A stretch of 64,000 bases of DNA, taken from assembly GCA_027451945.1 (NCBI GenBank), contig DAIDHT010000018.1:499-64498 (forward strand), read 5' to 3'. Position numbers and translations under genes: made by a program. Below are positions 36,963 to 46,852 of this stretch, piece by piece; within the stretch, counting starts at the first letter, position 1; each line of letters starts with the position of its first letter. The notes under the pieces were generated by a model. The model was not told the DNA's origin, ran no database searches, and saw only the letters and a list, made by a program, of their open reading frames with translations. Source of the stretch: Spirochaetales bacterium (GTDB lineage: Bacteria; Spirochaetota; Spirochaetia; JABEVK01).

Positions 36963-39900
36963 ATGACACTTCGGTCGAAAATGTCATTCTTAAGCCTTAT
37001 CGCGCTTCTGTTCACTTTACCGGCCTGCCAAAGTCCTGTGGCCATCAGTGCCGCAAAGTCGGCTCAAGCGGCTCTGACGGTGAACGTCGCCGTGTCCGGC
37101 GGGGTGACCAATGTTCAGCAGGCGGCCAGTCGATCGCTGATGAGTGATACCACGATCACAGCGGTTAACGTTCAAGTGACCGATGCTAATGGCAATTCGG
37201 TAGGTTCGGGCGCGCTGACTCGAGGGAGCTCTTCCTGGGCGGGTTCACTGTCGGTGACCAGCACAGGAAGCCTGAATTTTACCGTTCAGGCCAAAAATGG
37301 CAACGGCGCTTGTTTGTACCAAGGCTTTCAGACCTCGCTCATCTCCGCCTCGGGGGCCAGCGTTTCGATTCCTCTTTCGGCCGTGGTCGGGGTTACCTCG
37401 CTAAGTTTGAATAAAACTACCGACAGCTTGTCGACGGGACAAACGGCTGTTTACCTGCCCAGCTTTAACACGGGGGCCACGAACACCTTGCTAACCTGGA
37501 GCTCGTCGAACAACGCCGTCGCCACGGTAAGCTCGGCGGGCCTTGTGACCGCCGTTGCCACAGGTTCTGCGACTATCACGGCGACCTCACAGGACAACGC
37601 CTCGGTTCAAGCCAGTGTGGCCCTCACCGTTGCCGAGGCTCCGGTGGTCATTCACTTTTATTCACCCTGGAGCTCATCTGCCCCCACCATTTGGGCTTGG
37701 ACTTCGTCGGTGGCGGTGACACAAAACATGGGGTACGCTTGGCCGGGTCCGACGATGACCAAAGACAGCGTCACCGACTGGTGGGTTTTGACACTGCCCT
37801 CCCCGAACAGCACGTACGCTGGCGGCCTTTCGTTTAAGTTCAACGGCTCCAGCACACAAATTAACATATCCAGTGCCGTTACCGGACCGGAATGGATCAA
37901 CGGTACCACGGTGACAGCCACTAACCCCAATGCTTCCTCTGTGTCAGCCTCACCGGGAACTTCAAGCTTTAGCGCGGCTCCGCTGAGTGTCACTTTAACG
38001 GCGGAGAACCCGGCTAGCGGAACCTACAGCCTCAACGGACAGCCGGCTCAGGCGTTTACCAGCGGTCAAACGCTTTCGTTGGGGAACTCGACTGCGGTCG
38101 GAGGTACCGTAAACCTGATGCTAACCAATGGCAGTGCGGTCAACGCCTACACCTATACGAGGGTGGCGGCTTCGGCTGGGGTACGGATTTACTTTAAGGC
38201 TTCTAGCGCCCCAACAATCTGGGTGTGGGAACTCAATAACGGCCCCGCCATCAGCCAGCTTACCGGGGGTACTTGGCCCGGGCCTAGCATGACCGCTGAC
38301 CAGGCAAACCCGGGTTGGTACTTCTACGACATTCCCTCGGCGTACTTGCCGGTGGCCAATACTCTGGCGTTTAAGTTCAACAGTGGGGCCGAGCAAGACC
38401 TGCCGGGTCCCTACGCTACGACCGAATGGTTTAATGGCACTGCCTGGTCGACGTCGAACCCTGACCCGGCAACTGCGCCTGTCATTTCTATGACACCAAA
38501 TGGCGGGTGGTTCGGCAGCGCGACGACCGAAAGCGCCACGATCAGCGTTGCCACCAGCTCGAAGGCACCCCTCACCAGCGCGAGCTACACGATAGGCTCA
38601 GGAACACCTATCAGCTTTACGGGCACCTCGCAGACCATTAGTGTCCCCTTGAGCTCTACACCGGTTACCGTGAGCGTCAGCGCCACCAACAGCGTTGGCA
38701 CAACTACCTATACAAGTCAAAACTTCCAAACAGGCACCGAGCCCATTCCCACCTTCAGCTGGAATAATGCTACCGTGTATTTCATTCTGACGGACCGCTT
38801 CAAAGCGAGCGATCCCACCAAACCCAACGCCTATGGTCGCCCCAAGGTTGACGCTAACGGGAGCAATATTGGAACGTTCCATGGCGGTGATCTTCAAGGT
38901 ATTACTTCTGAAATCAACGCCAATTACTTTACGAATCTTGGAGTCAACGTTCTTTGGATCAGCGCTCCCTATGAGCAAATCCATGGCTTTGTGGGTGGCG
39001 GTAGCGCCGGCGACTTTGCCCACTACGCCTATCACGGCTACTACGCTCTCGACTATACGAACCTCGATGCCAATTTTGGAACGCCGGCCGACCTAAAAGC
39101 TCTGATCACGGCGGCCCACCAAAAAGGCATTCGTGTTGTGCTCGACGTGGTAATGAACCACCCCGGCTATAATACGATGCAGGATATGGTTGAAGAAAAC
39201 TTTGGCGCTTGGCAGGGAAGCGCCCCCACCCTCTCGGCGGCCGAAAGTTGGAAACCCGCTTCGGGCGGCACCTGGTTTGATTATAATAACCTGATCGACT
39301 ACAGCTCGACGCAAGCTGCGGCTGGCTGGGCCAACTGGTGGGGTCCGAATTGGGTTCGTGCGGGAATTTCTGGGTATACGCCCGGCGGAAGCTCTGACTA
39401 CACGATGAACGTTGGCGGCCTTCCCGACTTCATGACAGAAAATACTACCCCTGTTCCCTTACCGACCTTTCTTCAACATAAAGCTACCTTTGGCCAGGGC
39501 TATTTAACGCCTTATACTGTTACTCCCGGTGAAACAAAACGTGTCCGAGACTGGATTACCGAATGGTTGGTCAAGTACGTTCATGACTACGGCTTAGATG
39601 GCTTTAGGTGTGACACGGCAAAAAATGTTGAACCCGATTCTTGGGGTTATATGAAGACCCAAGCTGTCACCGCCCTCCAGCAATGGCGCGCCAACAACCC
39701 GACGGCTCCTGGCGCAAATTGGACTGACAACTTCTGGACGGTAGGGGAATACTGGGGTCACGGTCTTGGCTACGATGCCAACATGAACGGCACCGGGCAA
39801 TTCAATGCCCTGATCAACTTTACCTTCTTTGGTAACCTACCCACGCTAACCGCTTCGTCAAGCTCATTGGCCGGGTTGCAGTCGATTTACTCAAGCTATG

Positions 39901-40490
39901 CCAGCCAAATCAACGGTCAGGTAACCACACCTCAAGCCTCGCCCTACCCCTGGAATGTTCTGACCTTTGGTGACGATCATGATGAAGGAGCGCTGTTCTA
40001 CAATGGTGACCAAGAACGTCAAAAGCGTATGGGAACAGCGCTCTTGCTTCTTCCTGGCGATGTTCAGATTTTTTACGGGGACGAATACGGGCGTGTAGAA
40101 GGGCCGACAGGTTCTGACCCCAGCCAAGGGTCTCGCTCGGATTTCGACTGGTCGGCCGAAGCCGCTGAAAATGGAGTGGCCAATTCCTGCCTCTCACATT
40201 GGCAGATTCTGGGCCAATTCCGCAACAAACACATCGCCATTGGGGCAGGTGCGAATCAGCAGATTACCGATGTTACCAACGGCTATGCCTTTACCCGAGT
40301 TTGGAATAGCGACAAGGTTGCCGTCGTTGTGGGGGCCAGTGGTGCCGTTACGGTTAATGTTTCTACGATCTTTCCCGATGGAACTTTGGTTCGCAACTTC
40401 TATGACAGCACCACGGCAACGGTCACAGCAGGTCATGTTACCTTTAATGCTGGGGTAAACGGGGTCATTCTGATCGAGAGTGCGACTTAA
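36963..40490 (+). CDS. Multidomain lipoprotein alpha-amylase (Big_2, two CBM26-like modules, MalS-like GH13)
   Basis: Lipobox LPAC; WSSSNNAVATV (Big_2); two PTIW.W...WPGP.M modules; VYFILTDRF, HGGDLQG, YHGYY, DVVMNH, DGFRCDTAK, GEYW, DHD. Confidence 0.92.
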   Translation: MTLRSKMSFLSLIALLFTLPACQSPVAISAAKSAQAALTVNVAVSGGVTNVQQAASRSLMSDTTITAVNVQVTDANGNSVGSGALTRGSSSWAGSLSVTSTGSLNFTVQAKNGNGACLYQGFQTSLISASGASVSIPLSAVVGVTSLSLNKTTDSLSTGQTAVYLPSFNTGATNTLLTWSSSNNAVATVSSAGLVTAVATGSATITATSQDNASVQASVALTVAEAPVVIHFYSPWSSSAPTIWAWTSSVAVTQNMGYAWPGPTMTKDSVTDWWVLTLPSPNSTYAGGLSFKFNGSSTQINISSAVTGPEWINGTTVTATNPNASSVSASPGTSSFSAAPLSVTLTAENPASGTYSLNGQPAQAFTSGQTLSLGNSTAVGGTVNLMLTNGSAVNAYTYTRVAASAGVRIYFKASSAPTIWVWELNNGPAISQLTGGTWPGPSMTADQANPGWYFYDIPSAYLPVANTLAFKFNSGAEQDLPGPYATTEWFNGTAWSTSNPDPATAPVISMTPNGGWFGSATTESATISVATSSKAPLTSASYTIGSGTPISFTGTSQTISVPLSSTPVTVSVSATNSVGTTTYTSQNFQTGTEPIPTFSWNNATVYFILTDRFKASDPTKPNAYGRPKVDANGSNIGTFHGGDLQGITSEINANYFTNLGVNVLWISAPYEQIHGFVGGGSAGDFAHYAYHGYYALDYTNLDANFGTPADLKALITAAHQKGIRVVLDVVMNHPGYNTMQDMVEENFGAWQGSAPTLSAAESWKPASGGTWFDYNNLIDYSSTQAAAGWANWWGPNWVRAGISGYTPGGSSDYTMNVGGLPDFMTENTTPVPLPTFLQHKATFGQGYLTPYTVTPGETKRVRDWITEWLVKYVHDYGLDGFRCDTAKNVEPDSWGYMKTQAVTALQQWRANNPTAPGANWTDNFWTVGEYWGHGLGYDANMNGTGQFNALINFTFFGNLPTLTASSSSLAGLQSIYSSYASQINGQVTTPQASPYPWNVLTFGDDHDEGALFYNGDQERQKRMGTALLLLPGDVQIFYGDEYGRVEGPTGSDPSQGSRSDFDWSAEAAENGVANSCLSHWQILGQFRNKHIAIGAGANQQITDVTNGYAFTRVWNSDKVAVVVGASGAVTVNVSTIFPDGTLVRNFYDSTTATVTAGHVTFNAGVNGVILIESAT

Positions 40491-40523
40491 CAAGCTCTAA
40501 TGAATTGAAACTTTAATGAATTG

Positions 40524-40552
40524 AAAAAAACGGGGGCCGCAAAGCCCCCGTT
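40524..40552 (-). terminator. Intrinsic terminator
   Basis: Minus strand aacgggggc-tttgcg-gcccccgtt followed by a T-run; between convergent genes. Confidence 0.8.
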
Positions 40553-40574
40553 CACTTCCCCGCTGACGCGAACT

Positions 40575-40766
40575 TCACGCCAGAGTATTGATGTTCTGCC
40601 CCATCAACGGATCCTGCACCACCTGGGGAAGGGCGGAGGTGCTCATCAGGCGAGCCAAATCCTGACCGTTTTGTCTAAGGTCACCCAAAGACTTAGCCAG
40701 GACGGCCGTACCCACCTGGTTAGCCAGGTTTGACTGGGACAGCTGGGTAGAAAGGGATGCTTCCAT
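40575..40766 (-). CDS. YjfB-family small protein
   Basis: LST.LSQS.L..QVGTAVLAKSL...P.MGQNIN pattern; GCCGATAC 7 nt upstream. Confidence 0.75.
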   Translation of the reverse strand: MEASLSTQLSQSNLANQVGTAVLAKSLGDLRQNGQDLARLMSTSALPQVVQDPLMGQNINTLA

Positions 40767-40847
40767 AGCTTAAGTATCGGCTTGACCGTGAGAAATGTCC
40801 ACAAAAATAGGCTTGCTCCCCGGCCTTTTCCCCATTAAACTGGCCCC

Positions 40848-41318
40848 ATGAGTGAACACATCTACCATGCGACGGTAACTTGGTTGCGCCAACCTCAAGA
40901 AACGTTTACCGACAATAAGTTTTCTCGGGCCCACGAGTGGCAGTTTGACGAGGGGGTCACCGTCCCGGCTTCCGCTTCGCCCTACGTCCTAGCGCCTCCG
41001 CTGTCGCGTTTGGACGCCGTTGACCCCGAAGAAGCACTTTTGGCAAGTTTGGCTAGCTGCCACATGCTTTTCTTTTTGTACCGCATCGCTCGTGCGGGGT
41101 TTACTGTCGATCGTTATGAGGACCTCCCCGAGGCGATTATGGGCAAAACGCCCGAAGGTTCAACATTTATGGCTAAGATCACCCTTCAGCCCAAGGTCAC
41201 GTGGGCTGGCAACGCCCCCACCGAGGCGCAACTGACAGAGTTGCACGACAAAGCACACCATGACTGTTATATCGCCAACTCACTCAAGAGCGAGATGGTG
41301 CTCAAACCCCGTTTATGA
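40848..41318 (+). CDS. OsmC/Ohr family protein
   Basis: FSRAH.W.F, DPEEAL.ASLASCHML, AH..CYIANS. Confidence 0.9.
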   Translation: MSEHIYHATVTWLRQPQETFTDNKFSRAHEWQFDEGVTVPASASPYVLAPPLSRLDAVDPEEALLASLASCHMLFFLYRIARAGFTVDRYEDLPEAIMGKTPEGSTFMAKITLQPKVTWAGNAPTEAQLTELHDKAHHDCYIANSLKSEMVLKPRL

Positions 41319-41325
41319 GGTTTTT

Positions 41326-42687
41326 ATGAAAACTATTGGCCGCATCCAGCAATACTTTCGCTGGTCAATCGGGTTTGGCTTGGCCATGGGAGTGGTCTTT
41401 CCGTGGTTTTCGTTACTCTTTGTCGAAATTGCCAACCCATGGGCATTCGCAGGTTACCTTGTAGCCTGCTTGGCGGCCGGCTTCGTTGTAGGCTTGGTGT
41501 CCTATCTCATGGGCAAACGTATGCTTTTGATACCAGTTACAACGGTAGTGAACTACGTCAATACCAGCATTGTCGAACAGCAGGACTACCGTCAGAATGT
41601 TGTTGTCAGTTCTCCTGACGAATTAGGCGCTCTGGCCACGACGATCAACCGCCTCATTGAACGAACCCGCTTTATTTTGACGGACCTTCAGCAGATGGCA
41701 GAGCACAATACGACTGTCGCGACCGAATTTCATCGCCGCTTTCGCGATACCTACTCAACCAGCCTCGATTTTTCCACCAGTGCCAGCAAACTCGCTCAAG
41801 ACTCCCGGGCGCTCGAAGCGCAATTAGACCAAGCCCTAGGGTTTCTGCGCGACCTTAAAACTTTCTCTGATGCGGTCTATCACGACCTTGAAGAAGAGCT
41901 TCTCACGGCCCAGGGTGCTAAGGCAGGCTTAGAACAACTCTTCCGTACCATCAGTGGGTATTTTCGCACCAGTCAAGAACGTCTGGCCGATTTAGAAAAA
42001 TACTTCGGCGAGGTGGAAAGCTTTCAACATCAAATCAAAAACTCTGCGACAGAAATTGCCCGGGCCAACGAGTCGAACTTAGCGATCGCCAAAAACGTTC
42101 TGACGATTCAACGGATTGCGGCACGAACCAATATTCTGGCTATCAACTCGTCGATCGAGGCGGCGCATGCCGGTGAGTATGGCAAAGGTTTTGCCGTTGT
42201 CGCCGACGAGATCCGTCAGTTAGCCGAGGCGACGAACGATGCCGCGGCGGCTATCACCCGCATGCTGGGCGAAATTTCAAAAGACGTCGAGGTAGCCCAA
42301 AAAGCTGTAACACAAGCTGACACCGTTGCCACGGGAATGCTTTCAGGCCTCGAAGGTTTCAAAGAGTACTTTCAAGACGTGGCTTCGCAATCGGCAGGCT
42401 TTAGCAAAGAAGAAGCCCAGCAGAACCAGTTGTGGCAGTCGTTGCAGACCTCACTCAGCGACGCTCAGAAGGGTTCCAAAGACTTCTTGCAGAAATTTCT
42501 TCTTCTTGACGAGATTTTGGCGCAAATCCAACACCTTTCGGCCACCTCGCGGTTCTCGCTCGAAGAATGGGAACAGAGCTTTCAACGGCTTTCTGCACAA
42601 TTTCAAGAAGCAAAAAACCTGACGGAACAGCAGGAGCTAGGGTTTGACGCCGTCCGCAACTTGCTCGAACAGTTCAAAACCAAATGA
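41326..42687 (+). CDS. Methyl-accepting chemotaxis protein
   Basis: Two TM segments, HAMP (DELG.LA), IAARTNILAINSSIEAAHAGEYGKGFAVVADEIRQLA. Confidence 0.9.
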   Translation: MKTIGRIQQYFRWSIGFGLAMGVVFPWFSLLFVEIANPWAFAGYLVACLAAGFVVGLVSYLMGKRMLLIPVTTVVNYVNTSIVEQQDYRQNVVVSSPDELGALATTINRLIERTRFILTDLQQMAEHNTTVATEFHRRFRDTYSTSLDFSTSASKLAQDSRALEAQLDQALGFLRDLKTFSDAVYHDLEEELLTAQGAKAGLEQLFRTISGYFRTSQERLADLEKYFGEVESFQHQIKNSATEIARANESNLAIAKNVLTIQRIAARTNILAINSSIEAAHAGEYGKGFAVVADEIRQLAEATNDAAAAITRMLGEISKDVEVAQKAVTQADTVATGMLSGLEGFKEYFQDVASQSAGFSKEEAQQNQLWQSLQTSLSDAQKGSKDFLQKFLLLDEILAQIQHLSATSRFSLEEWEQSFQRLSAQFQEAKNLTEQQELGFDAVRNLLEQFKTK

Positions 42688-43904
42688 CGTCGGTTTCACA
42701 AAAGTTTGCTCAGCGCTTTCCCGCGTTGACGTTCAAACCGTTTCGCCTGTTCTGGTTGGCACAAATCGTTTCGTTGACCGGAACTTGGATGCAGAACCTC
42801 GCCCTTCCTTGGCTGGTTTTTCAATTGACCGGCAGTCCCTTTCTTTTGGGTTTGACGGGAACTCTTCAGTTTTTACCGCAAATGCTTCTCTCCCCCTTTG
42901 CCGGGACTGTAGCCGACCATTTTCCCAAACGAACAATGGTGTTGATCACTCAAACCGTCATGACCCTAACTTCGGCCCTTTTAGGGGTTTTGTCTTTTCT
43001 TCACTTGGTAAACTATCCCCTGATCCTTGTTTTGGCCCTGATTACCGGCCTGGCCAACACGCTCGATCAACCGGTTCGGCAAGGCCTCGTCGCCGAAATC
43101 GTCGGCCGTGACAACCTTTTAAACGCCGTCGCACTCAACTCTGCCGCGTTTAACGGTGCGCGTATTTTTGGCCCGGCGGTAGCGGGTGTCGTCATGGCGC
43201 TCTGGGGAGTAGCCTGGTGCTTTACCCTAAACGCCCTCAGCTTTTTGCCGGCTATTGCGGCCCTTAGCCTCGTTCCCCGCTCCCAGAGGCCTAGGCTGCC
43301 CCTTTCGATTCGCCAGCTGTTGCGCTCAACTCGTGAAGGCTTGGCGTATGTCGTGCACCGCCGTGACCTTAGGGATGTCCTGATCGCGGTCACCTTGATG
43401 GGCGTTTTGGCCTTCAACTTCAGCATTCTTCTCCCGGTGTTGGTTAAGCAAACCTTTGCCCTCGGCGAGACCGCCTTTGGGACACTCTTATCGGCGATGG
43501 GTCTGGGTTCCCTGGCCGCCGCAGTTCTGCTGGCTTTTACTAGTCGACGAGGCCCTGACCGTCGGCTTTTAGCCTGGGCTCCGCTGTTGGCAGGCGCGGC
43601 GCTCGTTGGGCTTGGACTAAGCCGCTCTTTTCCTTTAACGTTAGCCCTGATGGTGGTGGCAGGTTTTGCCAACATTGCCTTTTTCACCACCGCAAACTCG
43701 CACCTTCAAGGTTCTGCGGACGACGCCTTTCGAGGCAGGGTCATCAGTCTTTACACTCTAGCCTTTGGGGGAATGACACCCTTTGGGAACTTTTTTGTTG
43801 GAACGCTGGCCCAATTTCACGGTGCGGCGTTCACGTTTACGGTCACCGGGCTTTTGTTGCTAGTCAGCTTTGGGGCCCTGCGAGTCTGGGAGGGCCGCCG
43901 ATGA
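42684..43904 (+). CDS. MFS transporter
   Basis: SLTGTWMQ, AG.VADHFPKR, NAVALNS..FN.ARI.GP, FRGRV.S. Confidence 0.9.
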   Translation: MTSVSQKFAQRFPALTFKPFRLFWLAQIVSLTGTWMQNLALPWLVFQLTGSPFLLGLTGTLQFLPQMLLSPFAGTVADHFPKRTMVLITQTVMTLTSALLGVLSFLHLVNYPLILVLALITGLANTLDQPVRQGLVAEIVGRDNLLNAVALNSAAFNGARIFGPAVAGVVMALWGVAWCFTLNALSFLPAIAALSLVPRSQRPRLPLSIRQLLRSTREGLAYVVHRRDLRDVLIAVTLMGVLAFNFSILLPVLVKQTFALGETAFGTLLSAMGLGSLAAAVLLAFTSRRGPDRRLLAWAPLLAGAALVGLGLSRSFPLTLALMVVAGFANIAFFTTANSHLQGSADDAFRGRVISLYTLAFGGMTPFGNFFVGTLAQFHGAAFTFTVTGLLLLVSFGALRVWEGRR

Positions 43905-44668
43905 AAGCTATTTTGTCCGACATGGACGGGGTTCTCTATCGGGGCAAGACTCTACTCCCCGGCGCCGCTTCTTTTGTCAATCGACTCCACGAACACAAGA
44001 TTCCTTTTTTGTTCCTCACAAATAACTCGGAACAAACAGCCGCCGATTTAGTAAAACGCCTTGCCGGTCTTGGTCTGCCTGGGCTTCAAGAAGAAAACTT
44101 TTTAACCTCCGCGATGGCTACCGCCCGCTTTTTAGCCTCGCAAAAGCCAAAGGCGGGTTGCTATGTGATCGGCGGTTCCGGACTTGTCAACGAGCTAAAA
44201 AAAAAGGCACTTACGATAACCGACAACCAACCGGACTATGTGGTTGTAGGCAAAACTGCCGAGTTTGACTATGCGATGTTGAGAACCGCCGCCCGCCTGA
44301 TTGCCCGAGGAGCCAAGTTCATCGGTACCAACCCCGATTTGATTGACCCTATCGAAGAGGGCTTTGAACCTGCGGCAGGTAGCTTGCTGGCCGCGCTCAC
44401 GGCAGCCACCGGCAAAAAACCCTACATCATCGGTAAACCCAATGCGCTCATGATGCTCATTGCCCGAAAAATTCTTGCCAGTCACGCCAGCACAACGGTC
44501 ATGATTGGCGACCGTATGGACACCGACATTGTAGCCGGTTTAGAAGCAGGAATGACCACGTGTCTGGTCCTCTCAGGGGTATCGACCCGCCATTCCCTCG
44601 ACGAATTTCCTTACAAACCAGACTACGTTTTTGAATCGCTGGCGGACCTTGACCCGCTGTTGTTATAG
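43901..44668 (+). CDS. HAD-IIA hydrolase (NagD-like)
   Basis: DMDGVL, LTNNS, TNPD, GKP, GDRMDTDI.AG. Confidence 0.92.
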   Translation: MKAILSDMDGVLYRGKTLLPGAASFVNRLHEHKIPFLFLTNNSEQTAADLVKRLAGLGLPGLQEENFLTSAMATARFLASQKPKAGCYVIGGSGLVNELKKKALTITDNQPDYVVVGKTAEFDYAMLRTAARLIARGAKFIGTNPDLIDPIEEGFEPAAGSLLAALTAATGKKPYIIGKPNALMMLIARKILASHASTTVMIGDRMDTDIVAGLEAGMTTCLVLSGVSTRHSLDEFPYKPDYVFESLADLDPLLL

Positions 44669-44676
44669 GCGGCTCG

Positions 44677-45327
44677 ATGGACACGCCATCCCGCAGCCCA
44701 ACGATTCCGCTCATCTATGAAGACAACGAAGTGTGGGTGGTAAACAAACCCCCGGGCCTTGCCACGATCTCGGAACGTCTCGACACTTCAGCACCGTCAT
44801 TGTGGAAGCTCGGGGAACAGGACGCCGGAAGGCTCTGGGTGGTTCACCGCCTCGACAAAGAAACCAGCGGCGTGGTTGTGTTTGCCAAAACCGCCCAGGC
44901 CCACCGTTTACTCTGTGCCGCATTTGAACGTCGCAACACCCGAAAAATCTACTGGGCTTGGGTTCACGGTGAGCTCGCTGGCGAAGGGGTTTGCGACGGT
45001 CCCCTGCGCGAGTTTGGTTCGGGCCGTGTCGCTGTTGACCCCAGGGGTAAACCCTCCGAGACCGCTTGGCGAGTTTTGCGCACGGTTCCGGGGTTTACTC
45101 TGGTCGAAGTTCAACCACACACCGGCCGTCGTCACCAAATCCGGGCCCATTTGACAGCGCTGAGGTACCCCCTGGTGGGCGACCCGCTGTACGGGCCCGC
45201 CGATCTGCGGCGGGGCTGGCCAAGAATGTACCTTCATGCTCTTGAGCTTGAAATCATGAACGCGGCTTGGGGCCCCTGGCGCGCCGAACCAGAACCGTCC
45301 TTTGAGCCCCCTCTTTCAACACCATAG
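44677..45327 (+). CDS. RluA-family pseudouridine synthase
   Basis: VNKPPGL, VHRLDKETSG, TGRRHQIRAH, GDPLY, LHA. Confidence 0.93.
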   Translation: MDTPSRSPTIPLIYEDNEVWVVNKPPGLATISERLDTSAPSLWKLGEQDAGRLWVVHRLDKETSGVVVFAKTAQAHRLLCAAFERRNTRKIYWAWVHGELAGEGVCDGPLREFGSGRVAVDPRGKPSETAWRVLRTVPGFTLVEVQPHTGRRHQIRAHLTALRYPLVGDPLYGPADLRRGWPRMYLHALELEIMNAAWGPWRAEPEPSFEPPLSTP

Positions 45328-45375
45328 CTAGGGCCATCTTGTCATAAGGGCCCTACTCCTAGTATTCTTTTTATT

Positions 45376-46368
45376 ATGAGTATCATCAACAATTCGAAAA
45401 CTGACCCTAATAAAATCCTTCCGATGACCTACCTCTGGGCTCGACAACATTATAAGGACGGCGTGGCCAACAACTGGGTTCCCGAAGAGATCCCCATGCA
45501 AGATGATATTGAACAATGGAAAAACGCTACCGCCCTGACCGACGAAGAACGCCGCCTGATTTTCTGGAACCTGGGGTTCTTTAGTACTGCCGAAAGTCTG
45601 ACTGCCAACAACATCGTTCTTGCGGTTTACAACCACGTTACCAACCCCGAATGTCGACAGTACCTTCTTAGGCAGGCTTTTGAAGAGGCCATCCACACAG
45701 ACACGTTTATTTACTGTTGTGACAGCTTGGGCTTGGACCCCGAAGAAATCTACACCATGTACCAATCGATTCCCTCGATTCGCGGTAAAGACGATTTTGT
45801 CGTCGAGTTAACCAAAAGCGTCTTTGACCCCAACTTTAATACGGTGGGTGATGGCAATATTCAGTCCTTTGTCCATGATCTGGTGGGCTACTACGTCATC
45901 ATGGAGGGAATCTTCTTTTATGCAGGGTTTGCCATGATGCTGGCCTTGAAGCGCCAACGTAAGATGGTCGGTATTGGCGAGCAGTTCGAGTACATCATGC
46001 GCGACGAGTCGATTCACCTCAACTTTGGCTGTGATCTGATTAACACCATTGTTGCCGAGAACCCCCAAGTTTGGACCCCGGCTTTTCAAGAGGAAGTGAC
46101 CGTGTTGATAAAAAAAGCCGTGGAACTTGAAAAGGCCTACGCCAAGGATGCCTGTCCTGACGGCATCTTAGGCATTAACTCCCAGCAGTTCTGCGACTAC
46201 GTGGAGCATATCGCCGATCGCCGTCTGGAACGTATTGGTCTTAAGAAGGTGTATGATACCGAGAATCCCTTTCCGTGGATGAGTCAGGCTACCGACCTCT
46301 CCAAAGAAAAGAACTTCTTTGAAACCCGGGTGACCGAGTACCAGACTGGTGGTCTGGACTGGGATTAA
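45376..46368 (+). CDS. nrdB: Ribonucleotide reductase beta subunit with class Ic (Mn/Fe R2c) signature
   Basis: NNWVPEEIPM, FFSTAES, EEAIHTDTF, MEGIFFY, RDESIH, KEKNFFETRVTEYQ. Confidence 0.93.
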   Translation: MSIINNSKTDPNKILPMTYLWARQHYKDGVANNWVPEEIPMQDDIEQWKNATALTDEERRLIFWNLGFFSTAESLTANNIVLAVYNHVTNPECRQYLLRQAFEEAIHTDTFIYCCDSLGLDPEEIYTMYQSIPSIRGKDDFVVELTKSVFDPNFNTVGDGNIQSFVHDLVGYYVIMEGIFFYAGFAMMLALKRQRKMVGIGEQFEYIMRDESIHLNFGCDLINTIVAENPQVWTPAFQEEVTVLIKKAVELEKAYAKDACPDGILGINSQQFCDYVEHIADRRLERIGLKKVYDTENPFPWMSQATDLSKEKNFFETRVTEYQTGGLDWD

Positions 46369-46416
46369 CCTCGCTTGATCTCGCTTATTCTGCGAACTCG
46401 ATTATAATAAAGAGGT

Positions 46417-46833
46417 ATGGACACCTACCTTTTAGCGGCGGCCTTAGTGGTTTTGCTGGGAATCTTTTGGGAACTCTCGGTACTGATTAGACGGTTTGAC
46501 AGGTTATCGATGCGTCTGCTGGGGCGTCCCGACAAAAAGGAAGGCCCAACCATTAACGTGACCGTGGGAACCGTCTCGGGCGGCGTAGCCGCGCCGGCAC
46601 CTCTTGCTCCTGAAAAGGAACCCGAAGCTGAACCTGCTCAAGAGGAGCAAAGCGAACCGGAGGGGCCCCCCGCTCCCGAGCCACAGCTTCCGCCCCCGCC
46701 GCCCAAGACCCCGTTTTTCTCGTCGCCCGTCAACCGGGCCCCGAACGGGGTAGGTGTCGTCAAGTGTCCCAAATGCGATGCCGAAAACTCATCGTTTCGC
46801 ACCGAGTGCTTTAACTGCGGCAACAAACTTTGA
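46417..46833 (+). CDS. Membrane-anchored protein with Pro/Glu-rich linker and C-terminal Zn ribbon
   Basis: N-terminal TM; CPKC..EN....ECFNCG; SD GAGG. Confidence 0.75.
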   Translation: MDTYLLAAALVVLLGIFWELSVLIRRFDRLSMRLLGRPDKKEGPTINVTVGTVSGGVAAPAPLAPEKEPEAEPAQEEQSEPEGPPAPEPQLPPPPPKTPFFSSPVNRAPNGVGVVKCPKCDAENSSFRTECFNCGNKL

Positions 46834-46852
46834 GTCTAGACTTCTTGTGACG

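Noticed and set aside
40495-40526. 16-bp tandem repeat ct(c/t)taatgaattgaaa after the amylase stop
   Set aside because: The repeat is real, but it is two AT-rich copies beside a terminator with no evident function.
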